Shown: positions 45,143 through 55,291 of the stretch, piece by piece
Position numbering within the stretch: position 1 is the first letter of the stretch
Layout: every line of letters starts with the position of its first letter
NCBI GenBank assembly: GCA_965207695.1
Contig: CBDBNA010000010.1
Coordinates: 31,764-95,763, forward strand
Direction: 5' to 3'
Source of the DNA: Dehalococcoidia bacterium
Lineage (GTDB): Bacteria; Chloroflexota; Dehalococcoidia; Bin125
DNA length: 64,000 nucleotides
Notes under the pieces: generated by a model
Databases searched by the model: none
The model's input: the letters and a program-made list of their open reading frames with translations, nothing else
What the model was told of the DNA's origin: nothing
Translations under genes and position numbers: made by a program

Positions 45143-47620
45143 CTAGCTCACGACGAAGTTCACCAGCCGGTCGGGCACGTGCACGACCTTGCGCAGCGTC
45201 TTGCCGGCCAGGTGCCGCTGCACGCCGTCCGCGGCGGCGGCCTCCGCCTGCGCGGCCGCCGCGTCGAGCCCGGCGGCCGTCTGCAGCTGGCCCCGCACCT
45301 TGCCGTTCACCTGGACCACCAACGTCACCGTCTCCGACTCGAGCAGGGCCGCGTCGTACGACGGCCAGGACTGGGCGTGCACGGAGTACTCGCGGCCCAG
45401 CTGCTCCCACAGCTCCTCCGCGACGTGGGGGGCGGCCGGCGCCAGGCAGAGCAGCAGCGCCGTCACGGCGTCGTCCCAGGCCGCCCCGTCCACCGGGCCG
45501 CGCTCCGGCTCCTTCGCGAGCGCGTTGGTGAACTCCATCATCGCCGCGAGCATGGTGTTGAAGCGGAACGCCTCGATGTCCTCCGTGACCTTCGCGACCA
45601 TCGCGTGCCGCAGCCGCCCGATACGTTCGGCGCTGTCCGCGTCCGCCGCGCGGTCCGGCTGCAACCGGACCAGCGTCCAGATCCGGTTCAGCCAGCGCGA
45701 GTGCCCCTGGATGCTGGAGTCGTCCCAGTCGCCGCCGCGGTCCCAGGGGCCGAGGAACAGCAGGTACAGGCGCACCGCGTCGGCGCCCAGCTTGGCCACC
45801 CACTCGTCCGGGTTGACGACGTTGCCGCGGCTCTTCGACATCTTCGCGCCGTCTTTGGTGATCGTGCCCTGGTTGAACAGCCGCGTGAACGGCTCATCGA
45901 CCGGCACCAGGCCCATGTCGCGGCAGGCCCGCGTGAAGAAGCGGGCGTAGAGCAGGTGCATCACGGCGTGCTCGGCGCCGCCGGTGTACTGGTCGATGGG
46001 GAGCCACTGCTTCGCCAACTCCGGCGAGATCGGCGCGCTGTCGTTGTGCGGATCGATGTAGCGGAAGAAGTACCACGACGAGCACATGAAGGTGTCCATC
46101 GTGTCCGTCTCGCGGGTGCCCGCTTCGCCGCAGCCCGGACACTCCGCGTTGAGGAAGTCTTCGTTCGTCGCGAGCGGCGACTGGCCCGTGGGCAGGAACT
46201 CCGTCACCTCGGGCAGCAGGACGGGCAGTTGCTCCTCGGGCACCGGCACGGCGCCGCAGGAGGGGCAGTGGATGACCGGGATGGGCGCCCCCCAGTAGCG
46301 CTGCCGGCTGATCAGCCAGTCGCGCAGCCGGTAGTTCACCGACGGCCCGCCCGCTCCCCGCTCCGCGAGCGCCGCCGGGATCGCCTCTTGCGCCTCGGCC
46401 ACCGTGAGCCCGTCGAACGGGCCGGAGTTCACCAGCCGGCCGTCGCCGACGTAGGCCTCCGACAGCGGTGCGCCGTCCCACTCCGGTCCGGCGATGACGA
46501 CCGGGATCTCCAGCCCGTAGTGCTCCGCGAAGGCGAAGTCGCGGTCGTCGTGCGCGGGCACGCCCATGACGGCGCCGTGGCCGTAGCCCAGCAGGACGTA
46601 GTCGGCGATCCAGATGGGGATGCGGGCGCCGGTGAAGGGGTGCAGCGCGTAGGCGCCGGTCGCAACGCCCGTCTTGGGGCGCTCGGTGGACTGCCGCTCG
46701 ATCTCCGACGCGAGGCGCGTGCGCCGGACGTAGTCCTCCACCGCCGCGCGCTGGGCGTCGGTCGTGATCTGCGCCACCAGCGGGTGCTCGGGGGCCAGCG
46801 CCATCGACGTCGTGCCGAAGACCGTATCGGCGCGCGTCGTGAAGACCGTGATCGCGTCGCCGGCCTCGACGGGCGACTCCAGCGGGAAGCGGATCTCCGC
46901 GCCGTCGGAGCGGCCGATCCAGTGGGTCTGCATCGCGCGGATGCGCTCCGGCCACTCGATCTGCGAGAAGTCCAGCAGCTCTTCGGCGTACCGCGTGATG
47001 CGGAAGAACCACTGCTCCAGGTCGCGCATCTCCACGATCGCGTCGCAGCGTTCGCAGTGCCCCACCGCGTCGTCGCCGCGCAGCACCTGTTCGTTCGCGA
47101 GCACCGTCTGGCAGCCCGAGCACCAGTTGGCCGGCGCCATCGCGCGGTAGGCCAGGTCGTGCTTCAGGAGTTGCAGGAACAGCCACTGCGTCCAGCGGTA
47201 GTACTCGGGGTCCGAGGTGATGATCTCCCGCGACCAGTCGAAGCTGGCGCCCATCGTCTTGAGCTGCGCGCGCATCCGATCGACGTTGGCGTAGGTCCAG
47301 CGATGCGGGTGCGTGCCGTCGCGGATGGCGGCGTTCTCGGCCGGCAGCCCGAAGGCGTCGAAGCCGATGGGGAAGAGCACGTTCTTGCCCCGCATGCGCT
47401 GGTAGCGCGCGGCGACGTCGGGCGGGGCGATGGCGAACCAGTGCCCGATGTGCAGGTCCCCGCTGGTGTAGGGGAACATGGTCAGCAGGTAGTAGGGCTC
47501 GCGCGGGTCCGCGTCGGGCGTCTCGTAGAGGCGATCCGCCGCCCAGCGCGTCTGCCACTTCGGCTCGATCGCGGCGGGGTCGTAGCGGTCCGGCGTCGCC
47601 GCCGGCGTCGAACTCGTCAT
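45143..47620 (-). CDS. leuS: leucyl-tRNA synthetase
   Basis: 825 aa. HIGH (GDLHIGHW) and KMSKS (GAKMSKSRGN) motifs. ATG 47620. Confidence 0.95.
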   Translation of the reverse strand: MTSSTPAATPDRYDPAAIEPKWQTRWAADRLYETPDADPREPYYLLTMFPYTSGDLHIGHWFAIAPPDVAARYQRMRGKNVLFPIGFDAFGLPAENAAIRDGTHPHRWTYANVDRMRAQLKTMGASFDWSREIITSDPEYYRWTQWLFLQLLKHDLAYRAMAPANWCSGCQTVLANEQVLRGDDAVGHCERCDAIVEMRDLEQWFFRITRYAEELLDFSQIEWPERIRAMQTHWIGRSDGAEIRFPLESPVEAGDAITVFTTRADTVFGTTSMALAPEHPLVAQITTDAQRAAVEDYVRRTRLASEIERQSTERPKTGVATGAYALHPFTGARIPIWIADYVLLGYGHGAVMGVPAHDDRDFAFAEHYGLEIPVVIAGPEWDGAPLSEAYVGDGRLVNSGPFDGLTVAEAQEAIPAALAERGAGGPSVNYRLRDWLISRQRYWGAPIPVIHCPSCGAVPVPEEQLPVLLPEVTEFLPTGQSPLATNEDFLNAECPGCGEAGTRETDTMDTFMCSSWYFFRYIDPHNDSAPISPELAKQWLPIDQYTGGAEHAVMHLLYARFFTRACRDMGLVPVDEPFTRLFNQGTITKDGAKMSKSRGNVVNPDEWVAKLGADAVRLYLLFLGPWDRGGDWDDSSIQGHSRWLNRIWTLVRLQPDRAADADSAERIGRLRHAMVAKVTEDIEAFRFNTMLAAMMEFTNALAKEPERGPVDGAAWDDAVTALLLCLAPAAPHVAEELWEQLGREYSVHAQSWPSYDAALLESETVTLVVQVNGKVRGQLQTAAGLDAAAAQAEAAAADGVQRHLAGKTLRKVVHVPDRLVNFVVS

Positions 47621-47815
47621 GGCGCTCCGCTCCCCGGCCGGGCGTTCGGTGGGGTACCGCGATTATGCGGAGCCCCCGGATCGATGGTCAATGCATGCGA
47701 GGCGGCGGCCGGGCCGGCAGCACATGGGGCGCGGGCGCTGCCCGTAGCCGTGCGACGCCGTTAGTCTGGCCGCAGCGCGCCCCCGATCGGGCCGCTCGAA
47801 GGAGGTAGACCGCAC

Positions 47816-48322
47816 ATGACCGAAGAAGCCGCTCCGCTCGTGGGCATCGTGATGGGCTCGCAGTCCGACTGGCCCACCATGCAGGCGACCGCCGACACGC
47901 TCGACGGGCTCGGCATCGCCTGGGAGGCGCGCGTCCTCTCCGCCCACCGCACCCCCGATGAGACGGCGGAGTGGGCCGCCACGGCCCGCGAGCGGGGGCT
48001 GCGTGTGCTCATCGCCGCCGCTGGCGGCGCGGCCGCCCTGCCCGGCGCCGTGTCCGCCAAGAGCACCCTGCCCGTGATCGGCGTGCCGATGGAGGGCTGG
48101 GCCCTCAAGGGGCAGGACGCGATGCTCTCGATGGTGCAGATGCCGCCCGGCATCCCCGTGGGCGTCGTCGCGATCGGCAAGCCCGGCGCGACCAACGCCG
48201 CCCTGCTGGCCGCCGCGATCCTCGCCGTGACCGACGCCGGCGTCGCGCAGGCGCTGGACGCCTACCGCGCCAAGCGCGCCCGCCAGATCCTCGACAACCC
48301 CGACCCCAGCAAGGCCGGATAG
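47816..48322 (+). CDS. purE: N5-carboxyaminoimidazole ribonucleotide mutase
   Basis: ATG 47816 after GAAGGAGG. GSQSDWPTM, SAHRTP, AAGGAAALPG. Confidence 0.9.
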   Translation: MTEEAAPLVGIVMGSQSDWPTMQATADTLDGLGIAWEARVLSAHRTPDETAEWAATARERGLRVLIAAAGGAAALPGAVSAKSTLPVIGVPMEGWALKGQDAMLSMVQMPPGIPVGVVAIGKPGATNAALLAAAILAVTDAGVAQALDAYRAKRARQILDNPDPSKAG

Positions 48323-48325
48323 GGA

Positions 48326-49057
48326 TCAGCCCGATCGCCGCCGGAAGCGGAGGTAGACCTCGCCGTCGTCCGGGTTCGGGATCGCCGACACCAAACCGAA
48401 GCGCTTAATCGACTCCGGCGTCGAGACGCGCGGGCCCTCGACGGGCGTCGGCGCGCCGCCCCCGACGATCACGCCGCTCATGGTTAGGAAGTACTCGTCG
48501 ACCATGTCGTGCTCGAACAGGCGGCCCAGGATCGCGGGCCCGCCCTCCGCGAGCAGCAGCGTCGCCCCCAGGTCGTCGTGCATGTGCCGCACCATCGCGG
48601 GCGCCGCCGACGCATCGGGGACGACCACCACACGGCGTCCCGTCGCCGCGACCGCCCGCCGCCGATCGTCGGGCGCCGCGTCGGACAGGTACACGACCGC
48701 CTCGAAGTCGCGCGCCGTGAAGAAGGGCCGGTCGAGGGGCAGGTCGGCCGAGCGGCTCAGCACCGCCGCGATCGGCGCCGGCGATTTGCCCCGCTCGCGG
48801 CGCAGCTCCGTCAGCCGCCGCGAGCCGAGCCGCGACGACGTGCCGCTCGCGCGCAGCGTGCCGGCCCCGTTCAGCACGACGTCGGCGTGCACGCGCAACT
48901 CCCGCATCAGCCGCTGGTCGGTCGCGGAGCCGAGCCCCCGCTCGGTTTCGCCCAGCACGACCTTGCCGTCGGCCGACATCACCATGTTCGTGATCACGTA
49001 GGGGCGGCCCAGGCCGCTGGGGATCGGGAAGCGGAGCGACGTATAGTCGGGTTGCAT
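48326..49057 (-). CDS. RibD C-terminal-domain (dihydrofolate-reductase-like) reductase
   Basis: Trimmed to ATG 49057. RPYVITNMVMSADGKV, VVLNGAGTLRA, LLLAEGGPAILG. Confidence 0.8.
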   Translation of the reverse strand: MQPDYTSLRFPIPSGLGRPYVITNMVMSADGKVVLGETERGLGSATDQRLMRELRVHADVVLNGAGTLRASGTSSRLGSRRLTELRRERGKSPAPIAAVLSRSADLPLDRPFFTARDFEAVVYLSDAAPDDRRRAVAATGRRVVVVPDASAAPAMVRHMHDDLGATLLLAEGGPAILGRLFEHDMVDEYFLTMSGVIVGGGAPTPVEGPRVSTPESIKRFGLVSAIPNPDDGEVYLRFRRRSG

Positions 49058-49100
49058 GTCCGCATCGTAGCCAGCCCCGTGGCCGGTCCGGCCGCCGGAC

Positions 49101-49748
49101 GTGTGCGAGAAGGGAGCGCGCGCCATCGCCGCCGCCGACGATCCCCGCGCCACGCTCGACGCGCTGCGGCGCTACCCGCGCCGGGTCACGCTGCGGGCCA
49201 AGGACGGCCACGTCCAGCGCGTCACGCTGCGCCTGACGCGCCCCGGCGACCGCGCCGCCATCGACGAGGTCGTGGCGCGGCTGCCCGGCGACGATCTGCT
49301 CTTCGCGCGCGCCTACCTGACCCAGGACGGGCTCACGATCGACTGGATCGCCGACGCCGACGCCTTCTGGACGATGGCCGTCGTCGCCGAGCGGCGCGGC
49401 GCGATCGTGGGCTTCGCGCACCTGCACGCCGATCCCACCCCGCGCGGCCGCAACCACAAGCGCCCGCCCGCCGACATCCAATTCGTCGTCGCGACGGAGA
49501 TGCGGGGCCGCGGTCTCGGCGCCGTGCTGGCCGGCGAGTGCCTCTGGATCGCCGACCGGCTGGGTCTGCCCGAGGTGCAGGCGCGCGTGACCAGCGGCCA
49601 GCCCGCCGCGCGATCGGTGCTCGAGCGCCTGGGCTTCGTGCCGGCGGCGATGCTCCACGGCGGCGCGATCACGGCCGGCGGCCGGCCAAGGCACGTGATC
49701 GTCATGCGGCACAGCGCCGGGCCGCCGGCCGGCGGAGAGGGGCAGTAG
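49101..49748 (+). CDS. GNAT family N-acetyltransferase
   Basis: Acetyl-CoA motif EMRGRGLGAVL. Start GTG 49101 is uncertain. Confidence 0.7.
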   Translation: MCEKGARAIAAADDPRATLDALRRYPRRVTLRAKDGHVQRVTLRLTRPGDRAAIDEVVARLPGDDLLFARAYLTQDGLTIDWIADADAFWTMAVVAERRGAIVGFAHLHADPTPRGRNHKRPPADIQFVVATEMRGRGLGAVLAGECLWIADRLGLPEVQARVTSGQPAARSVLERLGFVPAAMLHGGAITAGGRPRHVIVMRHSAGPPAGGEGQ

Positions 49749-49765
49749 GCGGGCCCCCGACGGGG

Positions 49766-50581
49766 CTAGCGGAAGGGGCGGTCGCCCTTGATCGTGACCC
49801 GGATGCCGCTGCGCGTCTCCGGGTGGTAGTCCCAGACCGCCATGTGCTGGGTGCAGCGGTTGTCCCACATCGCGACGGAGTTCGCCTCCCACTGGAAGCG
49901 GCACTGGAAGTTCACGTCCTGCACGTGGTCGAAGAGGAAGTCGAGGCAGGCGCGGCTCTCGCGCCGGGAGAGCTCGATGATGCGCTTCGTGAAGCCCTCG
50001 TTGACGTACAGCGCCTTGCGCCCCGTCACGGGGTGGGTGCGCACGACCGGATGCACCGCGCGCGGCGACTCGCGCTGCGGCGGGTGGGCGCCGTAGTAGC
50101 CCTCGTAGTTCGCCACGTGCCGCGCGGTGAGCGGATCGAGGAAGGCCTGCATGGCCGGCGACAGGGCCTCGTAGGCCTCGTACATGTTCGACCAGCAGGT
50201 ATCCCCGCCGCGACTGGGCACGCGGTGCAGGTGGAGGATGCTGCCCATCGGCGGCTCCTCGTCGGCGGACACGTCGGAGTGCCAGCGCTCGCCGTTGACG
50301 CGGTGCGAATCCGCGTCGGTGTGGATGACCATCAGGGCCGGGTCGCCGCCGGCGTAGGGCGCGGCCGGGTGGATGTGCAGCTGCCCGAAGCGGCGCCCCA
50401 GGGCCAGGTGCTGCTCGGGCGTCATCGGCTGGTCCCGGAAGAACAGCACCAGGTGGTCCATCCAGGCCCGGTTGATCGTTGCGAAGGTGGCGTCGTCGAG
50501 CGGCTGCGTCAGGTCGACGCCGTCCACGACCGCGCCGATCGTCGGCGTGAGCGGCTCCACCCGGATCTCATCACGCGACAT
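49766..50581 (-). CDS. TauD/TfdA-family Fe(II)/2-oxoglutarate dioxygenase
   Basis: Trimmed to ATG 50581 after GAGGGGGA. HxD iron motif (RWHSDVS). Taurine-dioxygenase-like throughout. Confidence 0.9.
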   Translation of the reverse strand: MSRDEIRVEPLTPTIGAVVDGVDLTQPLDDATFATINRAWMDHLVLFFRDQPMTPEQHLALGRRFGQLHIHPAAPYAGGDPALMVIHTDADSHRVNGERWHSDVSADEEPPMGSILHLHRVPSRGGDTCWSNMYEAYEALSPAMQAFLDPLTARHVANYEGYYGAHPPQRESPRAVHPVVRTHPVTGRKALYVNEGFTKRIIELSRRESRACLDFLFDHVQDVNFQCRFQWEANSVAMWDNRCTQHMAVWDYHPETRSGIRVTIKGDRPFR

Positions 50582-50630
50582 CGCGGTCCCCCTCGCGCGG
50601 TGGCTGCTGCCCACTCGCCGTGACGGCGCC

Positions 50631-52319
50631 TCAGGAGCCGATCAGCCCCTCTTGGGGCATGGTCCAGGGCAGATTGTAGAACGGCGCGAACTGCGGCGCG
50701 CGCGGGATCGGCATCTCACCGAAGGGCACATCGATGATCACCGGCGCCTCGCGTTCCAGCGCCCGCGGAATCAGCGTCTCCAGCTGCACGGGGTCGTCCG
50801 CCCGCATGCCGACCGCCCCGAAGGACTCGGCGAACTTGACGAAGTCCGGGTTGTGCAGGTCGGTCCCGTACGTGCCGCCGAACCCGTCGTCCAGGTCGCG
50901 GGCGACGTTGCCGTAGGAGTCGTTCCTGAAGACCACGGTCACGACGTTGATCCCGTATTGCATCGCCGTGGCGAGTTCGGAGGCGTTGAACATGAACCCG
51001 CCGTCTCCGGCCATGCAGATGACCGGCCGGTCGGGCTGCGCGACCTTCGCGCCCAGGGCGGTCGGGAACGCGTAGCCGAGGTTGAAGGAGTACCCGGAGT
51101 CGATGTAGGTCTTCGGCTGGCTCACCTGGTAGTGGGTGCGCGCGTAGTAGCCGAACTGCGTCACATCCCAGACGATGAACGCGTCCCCCGGGATGCCGCG
51201 TTGCATCGCCTCCAATACGGCGAACTGGGGCTCCTTGAGCCGGATGTCGTAGTAGGCGATGAGGCTGCGGGCCGCGGCGACCGCTTCCGCCGGTGACGGG
51301 CGCTCGTTCGCCCCGGCGTCGATGAGGAACGGGAGCAACGCCTCGATCGTCGCTCTGGCGTCGCCGTGCAGGGGGATGGTGTTGGCCTGCACCCGGGTGA
51401 GGTCGCTGTCGTCGATGTTGATGTTGACCAGCGTGGAGGCCTCGCCGGCCGGATTCCCCAGCGAGAATCGCGCACCGATCCCGATCACGACATCGGCCGC
51501 CTGCATCACCTCGAACAACTGGTTCATCTCCTGCCTCTCGCCCCGGGGGCTGAAGCAGGAGCCGTATGACAGCGGGTGGTCGTCGGGGATGGTTCCCTTC
51601 CCGCCGCTGGACGTAACGACCGGGATATTCGTGGCTTCCGCGAGCTTGACGAGGGACGCCTCCGCGTCCGACCGCGCGACGCCGCCGCCGGCGAGAATGA
51701 CGGGCGTACTGGCCCGCGCGATGATCGCGGCGGCCTCGCGGAGATCGTTCGGGTTGGGCACGATGCGCGGCGCGCGCGCGGGAGTCCGCAATTGGACTTC
51801 CTCCCGCTCCACGCCGGCCTCCGGCGGCATCTCGATCAGAACGGGGCGCGGGCGGCCCGTGCGCATCTGGCGGAACGCTTCGAACACGGCATCCGGAACT
51901 TCGCGGGGTCTGGCGGCCTGCCGCTGCCACTTGGTCACGGAGCGCACCGTGCTGCCTTGGTCGGCGATTTCGTGCACGGCGCCCAGGTTCTTGCCGATCA
52001 GGGCCCGTGGGATCTGCCCCGCAATCAGCAGGACGGGCGTGGAGCGGGAGTAGGCGTTCGTCAGGCCGGCGGCGGTGTTGTATACGCCCGCGCCCGGAAC
52101 GACCAGGGCCACGCCGGGCTTCCCCGACGCGCGCGCATAGCCGTCCGCCATGTAGGTGGTGGCCTGTTCGTGCCGGGTCGTGACCAGGCGGATGCCCGGC
52201 TCTTCCCGCAGCGCGGCGACGATCCCGTAGATCTGGATCCCCGGGATGCCAAAGACGACCTCGACGCCTTCCCCGGCGAGCGACTTGACCAAGGCCTCGC
52301 CGCCGCTCATCACGACCAT
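50631..52319 (-). CDS. thiamine-diphosphate-dependent enzyme (acetolactate-synthase-like)
   Basis: 562 aa. N-terminal Pyr domain (GIPGIQIYGIV) and ThDP motif GDGGFMFN...N. ATG 52319. Confidence 0.85.
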   Translation of the reverse strand: MVVMSGGEALVKSLAGEGVEVVFGIPGIQIYGIVAALREEPGIRLVTTRHEQATTYMADGYARASGKPGVALVVPGAGVYNTAAGLTNAYSRSTPVLLIAGQIPRALIGKNLGAVHEIADQGSTVRSVTKWQRQAARPREVPDAVFEAFRQMRTGRPRPVLIEMPPEAGVEREEVQLRTPARAPRIVPNPNDLREAAAIIARASTPVILAGGGVARSDAEASLVKLAEATNIPVVTSSGGKGTIPDDHPLSYGSCFSPRGERQEMNQLFEVMQAADVVIGIGARFSLGNPAGEASTLVNINIDDSDLTRVQANTIPLHGDARATIEALLPFLIDAGANERPSPAEAVAAARSLIAYYDIRLKEPQFAVLEAMQRGIPGDAFIVWDVTQFGYYARTHYQVSQPKTYIDSGYSFNLGYAFPTALGAKVAQPDRPVICMAGDGGFMFNASELATAMQYGINVVTVVFRNDSYGNVARDLDDGFGGTYGTDLHNPDFVKFAESFGAVGMRADDPVQLETLIPRALEREAPVIIDVPFGEMPIPRAPQFAPFYNLPWTMPQEGLIGS

Positions 52320-52461
52320 GCGTCACCTGCTCCATCCACTGAGCCCGTGCGTGCGCGCGAACGCGGTGGCACGACGGCGCCGACGGCCGTGGGTTCACCG
52401 CGGGGGCGCGACCGGGACTCTCCGAGCCCAGCGCACTCACCGCGCCCAGCCGACCCCGCGA

Positions 52462-52593
52462 TCAAGACAGGCGACCGCGTTGGGCTGGGTGGGGGAAGAG
52501 TTGGGGCGGGCTCGGCCGCGTCAGGTCGACGCCGTCCACGACCGCGCCGATCGTCGGCGTGAGCGGCTCGACCCGGATCTCATCACGCGACAT
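52462..52593 (-). pseudogene. 43-codon stub duplicating the 5' end of the TauD-like gene
   Basis: 52518-52593 equals 50506-50581 (76 nt, 1 synonymous difference). Own RBS GGAGGAGG and ATG 52593. Diverges after codon 25. TGA at 52462. Confidence 0.6.
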
Positions 52594-52695
52594 AGCGGCC
52601 TCCTCCGCCCGGCGGACTTGTTCCGCAGGCTACGACATTGGGACGCGGTGGGGATACGCTGCTCCCGCGACGGCAGTGCTTGGAGGGTATGGACC

Positions 52696-54693
52696 ATGTG
52701 GGGAAGCTCGCGACGGTTGCCGGGAAGCGGTTCGGGTTCGCATCACCGAAGGCAGGGGCCGGGAGGGCGCCCGATCCGGACCGGCTGGTGGACGCTGACG
52801 GCGCTGGCGATCCTGGCGGCGATGTTCGCGGTCGCGTGCCGCGACGACGCCCCCGAGGCGGACGAGGCCGCCGCCCAGGCAGAGGTGGCTGTCACCGAGA
52901 CGGACGTGGAGGCCGCCCTGCCAGACGCGGAGGCCGACCAGTCGGACGCGGAGGCCGACCAGCCGGACCCGGAGGCCTCCCAGCCGGACGTCGTGGCGGA
53001 GTTGCGGGCGAACGCGGCGGCGTTCGAGTACGGCATCGGCACGCCGGGCGGCCGCCTGACGTACGCCACGATCGCGGATCCGCTGACCTTCAATCTCGCC
53101 CTCGCGAACGATGCGGGGTCGGCCTCGTACCTGGGCTACCTGTTCGAGGGGCTGACGGAGATCTCCTGGCTGACGGACGAGGTGGAGCCGGCGCTGGCGG
53201 AGTCGTGGGAGCACTCGGACGACGGGCTCACCTGGACGTTCCACCTGCGCCGCGACGTCACCTGGCACGATGGGGAGCCGTTCACCGCCGCCGACGTGGA
53301 GTTCACGTTCAACCGCATCATCTACAACGACGACATCCCCGCCAATAGTCGCGCGGCCTTCACCTTCCGCTTCCCCGACCCGGAGACCGGGGAGTGGCGC
53401 GAGGCGCCGATGACGGTGACCACCATCGACGACTACACCGTGCAGTACGTGCTGCCGGTGTCCTTCGCGCCGTTCCTGCGCTCCATGGGCCAGGCGATCT
53501 TCCCCAAGCACCTCCTGCAGGAGGCGGTCGACGCCGGCACGTTCAATGAGACGTGGGGGCTCGACACGCCGCCGTCGGAGATCATCGGCACGGGCCCGTT
53601 CACCATCGAGGAGTACGTGCCAGGCGACCACATCACCTTGCGCCGCTACGAGCACTATTGGATGCGGGACGCCGAGGGCAACTCGCTGCCGTACCTGGAC
53701 ACGGTGCACTACCGCATCGTGCCCGACCTCGCCGCGGAACTGGCCGTGTTCCAGTCCGGCGAGGCCGACTATCACGGCGTGCTGGGGGAGGAGTACGCGG
53801 AGCTGGAGGCGCTCCAGGAGGAGGGCAACTTCACGATCTACCGGCGCGGGCCGGCATTCGGGACCACCTTCCTGGCGTTCAACATGAACCCGGGCGCCAA
53901 CGCGGAATCGGGCGCCGCCTACGTCGCGCCGGAGAAGCTGGCCTGGTTCAGCAACGTCGACTTCCGGCGGGCGGTGGCCTACAGCATCGACAAGCAGGCC
54001 ATCATCGCGGACGTGCTGCACGGGCAGGGCTATCCGCAGTGGGCGTCGGTCAGCCCCGCGGCGGGGGATTTCCACAACCCCGACGTGCGCCGCTACGAGT
54101 ACGACCCCGACCAGGCCCGCGCCATCCTCGACGACCTGGGCTGGGTGGACGGCGACGGCGACGGCGTGCGCGAGGATGGCGACGGCAATCCCATCCGCTT
54201 CGCGCTGATCACGAACAGCGGCAACAACGTGCGGGAACAGGTCACCGTGCGCATCCAGCAGGGCCTCGAGGCGATCGGCATCCAGGCCGACTACGAGGCC
54301 GTCGAGTTCGGCGACATGGTGACGGCGCTGGTGAGCACCTACGAGTGGGAGACGCTCGTCGTGGGGTTCACCGGCGGGACGGACCCGTACGGCGGCATCG
54401 TCTTCTGGCACAGCAGCGAGGACCTGCATCTTTGGCATCCCAACCAGGCCGAGCCGGCCACGGACTGGGAGGCGGAGATCGACGACCTGTACGTGCGCGG
54501 CAGCCAGGAATTGGACCGCGCGGAGCGCGTGGCGCTGTACCACCGGGCGCAGGCGATCGCGGCCGAGAACGTGCCCGTCGTCTACACGACGCTGCCGGAG
54601 CGTCTGGGCGCCGTGCGCAACGTCTTCGGCAACACGACGCCGACCCTCTACGGGCTGTGGGATGTGCGCTACCTCTATCGGACCGACGGCTAG
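52696..54693 (+). CDS. ABC transporter substrate-binding lipoprotein, family 5 (peptide/nickel-type)
   Basis: Track ORF 52246..54693 trimmed to ATG 52696, 8 nt after GGAGGG. Lipobox FAVAC. SBP_bac_5-like body (LTWTFHLRRDVTWHDGEPFTAADV). Confidence 0.85.
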   Translation: MWGSSRRLPGSGSGSHHRRQGPGGRPIRTGWWTLTALAILAAMFAVACRDDAPEADEAAAQAEVAVTETDVEAALPDAEADQSDAEADQPDPEASQPDVVAELRANAAAFEYGIGTPGGRLTYATIADPLTFNLALANDAGSASYLGYLFEGLTEISWLTDEVEPALAESWEHSDDGLTWTFHLRRDVTWHDGEPFTAADVEFTFNRIIYNDDIPANSRAAFTFRFPDPETGEWREAPMTVTTIDDYTVQYVLPVSFAPFLRSMGQAIFPKHLLQEAVDAGTFNETWGLDTPPSEIIGTGPFTIEEYVPGDHITLRRYEHYWMRDAEGNSLPYLDTVHYRIVPDLAAELAVFQSGEADYHGVLGEEYAELEALQEEGNFTIYRRGPAFGTTFLAFNMNPGANAESGAAYVAPEKLAWFSNVDFRRAVAYSIDKQAIIADVLHGQGYPQWASVSPAAGDFHNPDVRRYEYDPDQARAILDDLGWVDGDGDGVREDGDGNPIRFALITNSGNNVREQVTVRIQQGLEAIGIQADYEAVEFGDMVTALVSTYEWETLVVGFTGGTDPYGGIVFWHSSEDLHLWHPNQAEPATDWEAEIDDLYVRGSQELDRAERVALYHRAQAIAAENVPVVYTTLPERLGAVRNVFGNTTPTLYGLWDVRYLYRTDG

Positions 54694-54723
54694 CCGGGGC
54701 GGCGCGAGGCAAGGAGAGAGATC

Positions 54724-55146
54724 ATGACCCTCAGCACCTACCTGCACTTCAACGGGAACTGCCGCGAGGCGTTCGAGTTCTACCGATCGGTCTTCGGCGG
54801 TGAGTTCGAGATGCTCTCCACCTTCGCCGAGATGCCCCCGGACGTGAGCGTCCCGGAGGATGAGCGCGACAACGTCATGCACGTGTCGTTCCCGATCGGG
54901 TCGAGCGTGCTGATGGGCAGCGACATGCCCGCGACGTTCGGCCCGCCCACGGAGATCGGGACCAACTTCGCGATCACGTATTCCGCCACCAGCCGGGAGG
55001 AGACCGACGACCTCTTCGCCAAGATCTCCGAGGGTGGCGTCGTCACGATGCCGCTGGCCGACATGTTCTGGGGCGCGTACTTCGGCGCCTGCACCGACAA
55101 GTTCGGCATCAACTGGCAGTTCGACTGCGAGCAGCAGGCGCCGTAG
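54724..55146 (+). CDS. PhnB/YjdN-like VOC-fold protein
   Basis: ATG 54724 after AAGGAGAG. YLHFNGNCREAFEFY and DKFGINW are typical of the PhnB-like family. Confidence 0.8.
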   Translation: MTLSTYLHFNGNCREAFEFYRSVFGGEFEMLSTFAEMPPDVSVPEDERDNVMHVSFPIGSSVLMGSDMPATFGPPTEIGTNFAITYSATSREETDDLFAKISEGGVVTMPLADMFWGAYFGACTDKFGINWQFDCEQQAP

Positions 55147-55291
55147 CGAGCGTCGCGCCGTGGCGTCGTACTCCCGCTCCGGGGACGGTTGGGAGAGGGC
55201 CGCCGCACGTACAATGACACGGAAGCCTTAGCCCGGCACGCCACGATCGAAGGGCGGCCTGACGGGGCTGAGTTCTCCGGCGCCAATCGGA

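Noticed and set aside
47648-47661. T-box-like string GGTGGGGTACCGCG next to leuS
   Set aside because: It lies on the plus strand while leuS is on the minus strand, so it cannot be in the leuS leader. Only a 9-mer (GGTACCGCG) matches the T-box core, which is expected by chance in 64 kb. No specifier or antiterminator structure was seen.
47700-47815. Possible ZTP/purine-type riboswitch upstream of purE
   Set aside because: Only a vague AGTCTGGCC resemblance to the GACUGGCG core. No matching 3' pseudoknot partner or conserved helices could be drawn by hand.
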